A DNA stretch of 64,000 bases, taken from assembly GCA_038496445.1 (NCBI GenBank), contig JALMLS010000097.1:62001-126000 (forward strand), written 5' to 3'. This document shows, one piece after another, positions 50,497 to 64,000 of the stretch. This DNA is from Trichosphaerium sp. ATCC 40318 (Eukaryota > Protista > Tubulinea). The notes beneath the pieces were generated by a model that ran no database searches, had not been told where the DNA came from, and saw only the letters and a program-made list of their open reading frames with translations. How positions within the stretch are numbered: position 1 is the stretch's first letter; the number at the start of each line of letters is the position of its first letter. The position numbers were made by a program, and so were the translations under genes.

Positions 50497-53400
50497 TTAG
50501 AACAATAGAGCAATAAGAGCAACAACCAAAAAGAATAATGGTTGAACGAATGAAACACCGCTAGTAGAGGTAGGTGCTTGCATTCTGACATCAGCGGAAG
50601 CAGATGTTGCTTGTGAAGCAGGAGTGGTGATCTCCAAGACAGATTTCTTTGTGAAACCTGACCATTGGACTTCAATGGATTCACGCATTGTCCACCATGT
50701 AGCAGGCTCGTTAGGTCCAATGTTGATATCAACATCAGTTGGGTCGACAATACAGCAGTATACACATGGTTTGTCGCAGTCACCTTGTGGTACAACAACA
50801 CGTTGGCATACAGATGTTGGGTATTCAACAAGAGGAGCAGGTGTACCGGTGACCAAAAGTCTTTCACCGGCAGAGAATTTTGTCAAGACGAGGTCATCAA
50901 TAGCTGGGACACCTTCGCAAGCAACGTTTGTTGGGTTTGTTGCTTTGACTTCGAATCTGAGTTTCATGTCATCAGTACCAAAGAGGTATGTCTTGATGGT
51001 ATCAGACCAGTCAGATACGTAAGATGCTAGTTCAACACCACCGACAACGACTTCTTCGCGGATGTCATTGCAAGATTGGGTACCCACAATATCGACGTTG
51101 AGTTCAGCTGGTCTGGTCGTGTTGTTGACACAGAATTCAGGCCACAAGATACGAGCACCAGCATCACAAGTGTAGTGAAGGTTGGTGAAGATGTATGAGT
51201 ATCTTGTAGAGAGCATGTCACACTCATCGAAGAAAACACGGATTCTTTGTGTGCAAACTTGTTCGCCCAAAGTGGTGGTTGGGTTGGAGTCGTTGTATTG
51301 ACCATCACAAGTGTTCTCAATGACGTAGTCAACTTCCAAAGGAGATCCAGTGGATTGACGTTGGAGTTTACCAACACCAACTTCAACGAGCTCGAAAGGA
51401 GCGCGGAGACCAGTCTTAACTTCAAATTCCCTGTACAAAACGTGTAAGTAACACAATAAGGACAGTATTTGAAAAAAAAAAGCTGTTGTGGAGTGAGCTA
51501 CGTACCAAGAACCTTCAGAAGCTTGTAGGTCACCATTGGAGTCAAATAGAGGGTCAAGAGAGTACTTCAAGAGTGGGATGACAGCAGCCCATTGTACATC
51601 AGGTGGAGCAACGTAATCGACGGTAACTTCTCCAGTGAGAATCCAAGGAGTGACGAGAACGATTCTGTGTTCGTCACCAGCAAGACGAATAGATTGAACA
51701 CCGAGGGTGTGAGCAGATACGTTGTAGAATCTGTCAACAGAGAACTCGAATTCATAGACTTTGAAGCAAGTGCCGGAGGCACACAAATCTGGGTCACAGG
51801 CGGAGTTGGTAGGGCTGGCTTCAGGTTGGTTGTTCTCGGTACAGTAAACACGAGTAGCACAACCGTCAGCGACAAGATCAGCGACAGGCCATTGAGCTTT
51901 GTATGTTGATCTGCAGTCACGTGTAAAGTCAGGTTCTTTGACTGTGTAGTGTGTAGAGATGAGAGGTGTGTAGTTGCAAATCTTTGTGTCTGGTCTTGGG
52001 ATTGTAGAGTACTTCTCAACAACGTAAGGCTTGAATGTAACAGTTGTGTTCAAAGCAAAGTTGTGAGTATCTTGCATAATTGTTTCTTCCCATGGAGCAT
52101 CGATATCAAGTGTCAAAATACCGTCTCTTAGATCAGCATCAATGTTTGTGTCAAACAAAGATGTGAGAGGAGATACTTGTTGTGGAACACATGAGACACC
52201 GAGATTTTCAATTGCAGTCTCTGGAATACATTGACCTGAGGTAATAAGAGTGAGTATAAGCCACAAAAGAGTAGGAGTAAACAAGAAGAAGAAGAGCAAG
52301 AAACCGTACCGATGTAGTGTGAGGATCCCAAGACAAGATTAGGATCAAATGTTCCTCTGTGATCCCAAAAGTTATTAACCATAGCAACCGGATCATTGAT
52401 ATCCAACGTAAGTGTGTGGTTATCAATGGTAGGTATATCTCTACACTGGGTGCCGGAAATAGGTATCCTAAAGACACCAGTGCCGTCATCAACAAGAGTA
52501 TCAGATACATCATTAGAAAATCCAGTGTAATAGAACCCGACGCATGATGTTGCAGGATCGTTTGTGAATTGCATGTCATTCTTTCCTGAGTATTGGACAG
52601 CAGCGCCAGCGCTTTAAAAAACGAGTTAGAAACACATGTTTCGAGGAAAAAGGTTGAAAGATTTTTTCTGGAATTGAGCTCTCTTATTTGACAACGTACG
52701 TTGGAGCACTGTATTGATACTTTCCGGCAACTTGTGGGAAGAAAGCATCACCAAGGTCACAGTAGTCGACACAAGATGTTACGATTAAGTTCAAATCTCT
52801 TGTTGCACCAGCAGGTTGTGGTGGGTTAACAGATTGAATCCATCCCCATACAGATGATTGAGTGAGATTAGCACGGTAACCGGTACCAATAGCATGAGCA
52901 AAGTTACGAATAGGCTCGTTTGGATTTTTACCTTGGAATGAGACACTAGAAGGATAAAAATAAGTTCAAGAAAAAACAACAGAAAGCAACAAAAAAAAAC
53001 ACAAAATAAAAATGTTGAAGATTGGGAAAAAAAAAATCCAGCGACAGAAAGGGTTTAGGGCCGTACATTTGTTCGAGAGTGTTGTTGATTTTTGCCTTGA
53101 ATGTACCAGAAGCAGATGTTGACTCCCAGTTAACTGTAACAGGGTTACCACCGCTTGAACCACCAGATCTTGGTGTAACGCGCTGGAACTCGATAACGTA
53201 GTTGAGTACGTATTGTCTGGCTTGAGAAATATCCCAAGCAGTAGCAGAGTTACCGTTGTTTGAACCAACACCACCGTAGATTGTACCGAAAATGGTCATT
53301 ACTCCAGTATCGTTTGTTGCTTCCCAGTAGACACGGGTATCAGCAAGTTGTCTACCATTTTCGTGGTAGTTGCAAGAAAATACAGCCTTTTTACCATCAC

Positions 53401-53716
53401 CGAAGATACCATCGAAGCGAAGACAGATATGTTCAGGGCGGCTATCACTAAAGCGAGTAATCAGCAAAGAGTATCATTCGCCAAAAAAGAAAAAATCGGG
53501 TTTTTTAAGTTGTTCCGTACGTGGCGTCTTCAACGCGGTAAATACCGCTCAAATCTGGTGTGAATGTACCACCATGTTGGCAGTAACCATCCTTGCCAGC
53601 AAGGGCGACTGCAACAAAAAGCGCGCTCAAAATTACGATTGCTAATGAGAAGTATAAGTAAATTGCCTGTTTGGTATATGTAGGTGTTTGTAATGCATGT
53701 ACGTACCTTTAAACAT
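50497..53716 (-). CDS. Large Cys-rich cell-surface protein, signal peptide and probable GPI-anchor signal, multi-exon
   Basis: MFKAIVILSALFVAVALA after splicing; long coding exons; C-terminus STSGVSFVQPLFFLVVALIALLF*. Confidence 0.7.
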
Positions 53717-54852
53717 CGCAAGAGGTGCTGTGAGTTGTGTTGTGATTATATAGTAATGGTACTTCGAAGTACTAATTAGGAAATCTGTTCAGGTGAACTT
53801 ATTTTTTTTAAACCGAACTGCAAACTTTATTGATTTCATAGTGTAGTATACGCCTAAGCGCTCTGTTTTGTGGTATATTTTATAAGTAGTGAAAACACGC
53901 CAAAATTTGTTCTGTGTTATTTCTACAAGGCAAAATAGGTAGGAATTACGCCGTTTATGCCACGTACGAGATACTGCGAAGTAGAGCGAGCCTATTGCGT
54001 ACTATTGCGAAAACAGAAAACCAATTACTCTATTGCACTATTACGCATCTTGCACTGTTCAAAAGTATTAAGAAGAAGGGTGTAGAGGTAGATTTGTGTT
54101 CATTCCGTATTTGAGGTTACGCGAACTCATTTTTTTCTTTTCTAACGTTATAACTTACCCTCCCCACTACCGTATATTACAACTTTTGTACTATGAAGTT
54201 GTACAGTAAAGTCAGAATATTACTACGCGTAGTTTATATTATACCAAGCCATTGAGTAAAGACACCTAGACCTTACAACTATAGTTGGCATCACGTCTTT
54301 TCGCTCCTTTTTGAGCAAATGAGCAACAACATTTTTGACGCTTTTCAACATGAGTGCCTTTATGACACCATCATTGATGAATTAAATCGTGCCAAATGCG
54401 CAAACTGCGAAATCATGACGGTACAACAGTGTTGTTGATGCGATATCAAAAAAGGAAAGTTCAATCGAAAGCGAGTGGAAAACCCGACAAAAAGCACCTT
54501 TACCAGTCATTCTTCACTCGTAGTAATTCGTAAGGCTTGTGTCCTAATTTGCTTTTTACGACTGAAACCACTTATCTGACCAATCAGATGCGAGAAAACG
54601 TCGACTAAATTTTATAAAACTTGCACAAAAAAAGAAAGTGCTCAGAAAACTTCTTTTCTATTCGCAAATTACTATCAAAGGCATAGGTTACCTTTTTTTT
54701 CATGATAAATGCATTCAACGTTAGATGAACAAAAATGTATTTAAAAGAGCAAAAGACTGTGAGATTGTGAAGAAAAAAAGTTTGCAATTTTATTACTTTT
54801 TGTTTAACGAACGGTGTTTACCAACACCTCTAATATTAAACTTTTATATCAT

Positions 54853-57381
<2,529 letters not shown>

Positions 57382-57652
57382 GCTGCTACGGTGTTATTGT
57401 TTCTTCTAAGTTACTCTTACTTGTCGTTGAAGTCAATTGAATTCGTTTTGCCGGCGGCAAAGTTTTAAAAACATGAAAGGACTTGACTAATTAGCGATAC
57501 GTTCGACCTTACACACTTTAACCGCCTCTCTTTTGCACTCATTCTCTTCATATAGATTGCAAGGTGCATTATATCAGGTGTATATGCCCAAAAATTAACA
57601 ACGGATGGATCTTTATGTACAAACTGTTTTTTTATTCACATCTACAACGAGA

Positions 57653-60600
57653 TTAGAAATCCCAGGAGACTTCTTCAACGTCATCTTCCTCAAGTAACTT
57701 CTCCATCTCAGCTCTAGCTTCATTCTCACTTCTTTTCTTTGTTTCAACTTTAAGTCTCTTTGCAAGATCACGTGCTTTCTTAGATATTTTAGAGGATTTC
57801 TTACTTTCTTGCTTCATCCCCTTTCGTTCCAATACTTGTCCTGAAAGAAAATCAAAAAAAAAACGATCACTACCATGCAAATTACATACCTTTTACTCCT
57901 GTGTTGTTCAATGCGTCTTCATAGTCACATAGACCAGAAAAGAACTGACTCTGGGCAACTGTCAAAGGAGATCTTCCAAAAGACATTGAAGAAGCAATCT
58001 TGCTCAGATACGGAACAATCTCAGATGAGACAACACTTGTGCCTTCATGTAATCCGTAAAACATTTCCTCTTTGAACACATGCTTAATAAGCGCCATGTT
58101 CTCTGATGTGGCACGCCTTTGGTTCGTTTCTTTATACAATGCCTTAAACGTTAACCTAAGAACCAAACAAGTTAGCAACTTTCGTTGACGTATTTGACTT
58201 GAGAGTAATTTTTAGAATCTCTATCATGTCACGTACTTTGAAGGGTGTCTATTATGGTACATTAATCCTCGCGCAGCAATATTAGTCGCTGTTGGACGCA
58301 ACGACATCATTTCAAATTCAGCTGAAAGGAAAACCCAGTGTTAGAATGAAAGAAGAAGGATCTTGGTTGTAAACACGTACAAGCCATATAATTACAGTCC
58401 GAGAGGCACTCGGATGCTTTAGCGAGGTCTTCTATGTCTGTAAAGAATGTAGGATAATTCGAGAACAAGAAACCAAGGAATCTAGCAACAGTATTAGTCA
58501 ACCGAGAAAATAAAAGTAAAACAAATAATTGTTTTTTTGTACCTTGTAGGAGAAGTGTCTGTATGTTCGAGCACATCGTCTGGGTTTGACTTTGTAGGTA
58601 ATCTTCTGAACTCATCCAAATGTGGTACAGATGTATTAGATGTAACCATAGCATTATCATCACCTTATTACTCAAGTTACAAGGTATAGGAGAAAGCAAG
58701 AAAGTAAAAAGAAGGCAAAAACTTGGAAAAAAAAGTAAGCATTTCGAATTAAATTCGCACGTTTGTTACACAGAATCTTTCCCACGCCATGAAACACTGA
58801 AAGTTTCCTGTCTCTTGCTATTGATCTAGACAAAAAAAATTAGCACCAGAGGAACATAAACAAGGCCTGGTTTTTGGTTGTAAAGTAAGTACCCTCTATC
58901 TTTTTTACTCTGTGATTTGGTACTGCTACTAGAACAATTCAAGTTGCCTGTACAGTGCATCTGGAGTGTTGAAATAGCATTCCTTAAATCGCCATCCGCC
59001 ATTGTTGCAATCCCTTGTAGATCGCTCTCAGACACAGACAAGCGCTCACGCTAAAATAGATATGTCAAAAACAAACTAAAGTGTTGTCCTTAAAAGCACT
59101 TGAATTATACAGCTTAAAAAGCTACGTACAGCTATGATATTACGTAATACCTTGACGGTATTCACTATAGTAATTGGATTGAACCTAAGATAGGACCACA
59201 GTGAGATAAAAATGGAGAATATTTGGTAAAAGAAGAACTTAGAGATAACAATACATACTTTACAAGAACGATTTTGTAAGAGTCCAGCTCATTCGTTGGA
59301 AACAAGTTTTGAGGTAACAAAGACACATCAGCATCATCGCTCATTACAAATACTAGCACTGTACGAGATCCTACTAAGTGTCAATAAAATGATGACTAAA
59401 AAATAGATTTTGCAACTCGATTCGAAAGAAAATCAGAACATACTTTCATATAGGTAACTCAACATGATATCCTTGAAAGCATCTTTCTGTCCTTGAGTAT
59501 GAAGATATGGGATTTCCTATATTGAAAAAAGTGTAAGTAACGAAGCTTACTGTCTTGGATAAACAAGAAATTGGTTCATAAAAACAACAAAAGTTGGCAG
59601 CGAGGAATCCAGTTGTACGCACCTCTACTAGTAGTATCTTAGGTCTTGGATTAGGATCTGTTAAGTCTGGGAACTTGTGTCTCGTGACAAAATCTTTAAA
59701 GGAAGCCATCTTATTCTCCCACATGATGTCCCTAAAAACCATTAAAATATTTCTTTTTCGTCTTGAGCTGATGAATGAACTCGTTCGTCTTGTTCGTACT
59801 TTTCTTCATAGTTTTTATCCATGACTACAAACTTTATCTGTGTGGGTGTTATATATGGTACAATATCTGCATTTACACTCTTTGCTGCAAGTTTTAGACA
59901 AGTGGACTTCCCTTGCCCAGGTGAACCCATCAAACACACAATCCTGAAAGAAAAAAAAACCAATCAGCTCTAACTCCTTTGTCTTTTGTTTATTTTCTTT
60001 CAACGTACCGAGGTCGATGGAATATTGATGGAGAAAATGCATTACTTAAAGCTTCTTCTACTTCCTTGACCTTGCGGCTGTGTACAGCAACTTGATCCTA
60101 AGGGCTTGTCAATGCCAAAAAAAAAAAAAAGTTGTTAAGCAAGCGATTGACTGTTTCGTACCAGTGTCGCTGGTTCGTATTTATCAATCCAAAGAGCATC
60201 TTCTCCTTTTCTAGATTTTTGTGCCTTTGTATTCGTACGCTCTATCTTCTGAGAATTGCGTAATTGAGAAGCAGAGGATGTCATAAAATTACGCAACTCC
60301 TGAGAACTCGATTGGCTCAAGGATATGCGTTGTGATAAACTTTGTTGGCTCGCTGACAGAGAACTTTGAGAGTTTTGAGATCCTTGAGATCCCTGTGATA
60401 AGCTACAATCCCTTAATGACTGCACAGAAAGACCTAGAACCAAATCAACATATTGTCAAAACCAACTTAAAAAAAAACAGTTGTTCAAAAAAAAATCACG
60501 TGTTTTCTCAGCGATAGTGAGCTTTAATCATACCTGACCGTTTTGTGGGCTTTTCTCTTGTATTATTTGGTTTCTTTGATACCTTCATAAAGTCTAATAT

Positions 60601-61020
60601 TTTTGTTGAAGAGCGTTTCGAGGCATCTTTTGGACTGACTTTTCTTTTCTTTGTTGGACGCTTTGAAACTTTTTTTGCAGGTGGGAAATCCTCATCTTCG
60701 TCATCAGAACTTACAATAACAAGCGTTTTTGTTGGTTTTGACGCAGTTTTAGTCAATTTCCGCTTGTAGGTTTTTTTCTTCTCGCTAGATGGTGCCTTGC
60801 GCTTACGCGACTCTCTAGTAAACCACGAAGAAGAGGTTTTGAGTTTTGTGGATGGAGGTGCCGGTTTACGTTTTGTTGGCAGTTTTATTGCTGGCCCTGC
60901 GCTTTTATTGGCTTCAATAGTCTTTGGGAACGGATTGTACGTGAGCAGTTCATCATCAGAGTCAGTATCACTAAACGATAGATCCAGCGTAGAACCACCG
61001 CCTTTTGAGTATTTTGTCAT
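57653..61020 (-). CDS. RAD17: Checkpoint clamp loader Rad17/Rad24, multi-exon
   Basis: WIDKYEP, VAVHSRKVKEV, Walker A GSPGQGKST, KILLVE, GDLRNAISTLQ. Confidence 0.85.
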
Positions 61021-61300
61021 GTTTCATTTGGTTTTTGAACAAACTGTTTGAGTAAGTTAAAACAAAACACGTCAAAATATCTACGTTAACGGGAAGTGCT
61101 ACCTACAGCAAGTATAAATCTAACGTTTTGGCTTAACATTTTTTAAAGAATAACTGGAATTTTGGTCTGTAAACATTAAATTGCACCTACCAATACTCCA
61201 AGTGCTTGCGCGTTCGCTTGTGCGTTGTTGGAGACTGAACTTGACTCAGACGTCAAAAAAAAGCGTTAAATTCTTTAAACCGCCACAGTTTTAACCAACA

Positions 61301-63481
61301 ATGAACTCTCACCCAATAGTGGAGCCAAAGGATGTATGGCGCGAAGGAGAACGCGTTAAGGAGGTTCGTGCTTTTGTTTTTGATAAAGAAGAGCCAGGAG
61401 CAGATTACCACAACCAAGGAAAAGGACATTGGATCGTAGATACACGTACGTTAACAGTAACAATAGCGACACTTCCTTTCGGGATTGTAGCCCGAGACGT
61501 ACACTAAATGTCTAAGAACACAATAAAGTAGGGGCGCCTGAGTTGTTTCTTCGTTGTAAGAAGCTAATAGGACGCTTCTTTTAGTGTGGGCTATGGAAAT
61601 TGTAAAAAAAGTTTTTTGCTTTTTTGAAAATCTTTTGAGAAGCACGTTAACTGGTAGATAACCTTTTGTGAAGCAATCGCGAATCCTATGTCGACCTATG
61701 TCAAATACAAAGCTAACAGGACAACATGGGGTATAAACGCTTTGGAGACTGTAGTGGTAGAAATAGAACTTGAAAATGGTACCGTTGGTATTGGCACTAG
61801 TATTGGCACGTGATTTATTTTTTTTTCCACTTTTGTCTTTGGATTATTTTGCTTTGTTTGTCCAATTATTTTGTTCACTTATAACATTGTTATAGGCGGA
61901 GAACCAGCATGTTATATCATCGGTATGGTCTACGCTTTGACTTTAACCTTTTGCTTTGTAACTGTTAGTTAAAAAACAATTACCTTTATAGAGAAACATT
62001 TGAGCAGGTTTGTTGAAGGCAAAGACCCACGCAATATTGAGTTGATATGGGACCAGGTTACACATCAGTAAAGCTTGTCGTAGCAATCATCTGACTTGTT
62101 ACTTAGATGTACCGTGCCACCCTACCATATGGAAGAAAGGTAATTTTCCCTTGAACTTTCTAATGACTTGTCCTGACAGACGTTTTAAAAGGGCTTAACA
62201 ATACATGCTATCAGTGCTGTTGATCTTGCATTATGGGATATTCTTGGAAAGTTAAGAGGTGAACCTGTGTACGCACTGATAGGAGGCAAAACCACAGACA
62301 AGGTAAACAAACTTATAAAAAATCTTTTAAAAAAGTTGACATCCTTAACTTTGTTGTAGCTTCCTGTCTACGCTACAACTGCTAAACCACTCTTGGCCAA
62401 GAACATGGGCTTCAAGGTGAGGTCAAGAAAATGATAAGCTTTAGTACAATGGAAATATTCTTAACTCGTTTTGTTCACACCAGGCTGCAAAGTTTCCACT
62501 TCCTTATGGTCCTAACGATGGTGAGAAAGGATTCAACATGAATGTAGCACGTGTCAAGGTACGTAAAAATATACTTTCAGCTTCAACTTTTGATGTTTGA
62601 GAATATAGGAGGTCAGAGAAAGCGTAGGACCTGAGTTCCGCATTATGATTGATGTGTACATGTCTCTCACTGTTCCTTATGCTATTCGCCTTATTAAGGC
62701 TATTGCAAAGTATAACGTGTACTGGTTTGAAGAGTTTCTTCATCCAGATGATTACGAAGGTTATGCTGAAGTTAGGGTAAGAAATACTCATCACAAGGTT
62801 AATTCAAAAAATAACTCGAGATAGCGTGCTACTGGTGGCGTTATGATGCTCACATGTGGAGAACATGAATATACGCGCTATGGTTTTAGACAGCTAATAT
62901 CAAAGAAATGCTGTGATCTTCTCCAACCTGATGTAAACTGGGTTGGTGGTCTGACTGAGGTAAGGATGTACTTTCTCTTTCTCTTCCCAAACTGATTGGT
63001 TTTTTTTCAAACATCTCAAAAAAAATACATGTAGTTTTCTAACACGTGTTAATAGGCCCGTAAGATTGTTTCAATGGCAAGTGCTTGGGACTTACCTGTT
63101 ATACCACATGGATCATCAGTATTTTCGTATCACTTACAATACGCTTTTACTAACTGTCCAATGGCTGGTATGCTATTTTTTCTTTTTGTTTACCAACTCA
63201 CTTGTGTGATACGATCGTAAACTTATTTTCTCTTTCAGAGTACCTTGTAATGAGCCCAGGTGCTGACAAGATAGTACCATTATTTGGAAAGCTTTTCAAA
63301 GACGAACCTGGTACACTCTTTATTTTGAACTTGTTTCTTTCCTTGTTCTCATTTTTTTCGTGTTGTAGTACCAAAGGATGGTTACATTGTACTACCTAAC
63401 AAACCAGGATGGGGTGTAGAGTTGAACAAGGATGAATTGAACTTTATTAGACCATATCCACGCACAGAAACTAAACAATGA
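61301..63481 (+). CDS. L-rhamnonate dehydratase (mandelate racemase/enolase superfamily), multi-exon
   Basis: [85 protein letters not shown]. Confidence 0.9.
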
Positions 63482-63625
63482 GCGTATTCAAAAACACAAT
63501 AAACAGAAAATAGCACATATTATTCACTTTTACGCCGACTTTAATCCTTGTCTTACTATGCTTGCACTTTTTTCTCGTAGGCCTAACTAGGTGGATGGAA
63601 ACTAGAGTTAAACCAGTAATTTGCT

Positions 63626-64000
63626 TTATTGCGTTGCCGAAAAAACAGCAGAGGTGTTAATAGGATTCCCAGTACCAGTTCTTCTCATCTCACCGACTGA
63701 TTTTGAAGAACCAGGTATACCTCCAAAAACAAGCCAATTCTGATCGTTCAACTGTGACATAGTATGGCCACTACGACGTAAATTTATCCAACCTTCAACA
63801 TCTAGCGTATCCCAAGACATATCATCTGCATTGTAGTTAGCAAATTCTATCTCATCACGTGACAAATCATTACCTAAATGAAGGACATGCACGGCATTAC
63901 AGACTTCTGAGTTGCTCAAATTGCCATACCCGCCACACATAAGTAGTCGTTTATCGTCAAGTTGTATCAACTTATGTCTACAACAAACACTTTTAAAAAC
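63626..64000 (-). CDS. Kelch-repeat protein, C-terminal part (5' end outside the window)
   Basis: RLLMCGGYG..NAVHVL..MSW..RRSGHTM..WLVFGG. Confidence 0.75.
   Translation of the reverse strand, partial: VFKSVCCRHKLIQLDDKRLLMCGGYGNLSNSEVCNAVHVLHLGNDLSRDEIEFANYNADDMSWDTLDVEGWINLRRSGHTMSQLNDQNWLVFGGIPGSSKSVGEMRRTGTGNPINTSAVFSATQ

Overview
AT-rich, intron-dense eukaryotic DNA, probably from an amoebozoan-type protist (inferred from gene content and a divergent alpha-tubulin). Introns are short and mostly start GTACGT/GTAAG. About 18 host genes are present: SerRS, PH-OSBP, an SLC43-like MFS transporter, a tandem-MIT protein, Snu13, RPS5, dynein light intermediate chain, a heme peroxidase, a DEP + alpha/beta-hydrolase fusion, a C1/WD40 protein, alpha-tubulin, RAD17, L-rhamnonate dehydratase, a Kelch protein and others. 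There are also two inverted U6 snRNA genes. The standout is a full-length non-LTR retrotransposon (1920-11674, 13-bp TSD GTTCAGTGTACCT) in the SerRS/OSBP divergent intergenic region. It begins exactly with an HDV-like ribozyme fold. A 56-nt spliceosomal-type intron acts as a frame switch: spliced RNA gives an RRM-containing ORF1, unspliced RNA reads through to pol. A ubiquitin-like domain ending in Gly-Gly sits directly before the APE endonuclease-RT-RNase H-zinc finger polyprotein. The element ends in a structured 3' UTR and a poly(T), not poly(A), tail. Its RNase H is cleanly split by a 1976-bp non-autonomous TIR DNA transposon with a 2-bp TSD. All family calls come from recognising motifs by eye; boundaries of spliced host genes are approximate where stated.
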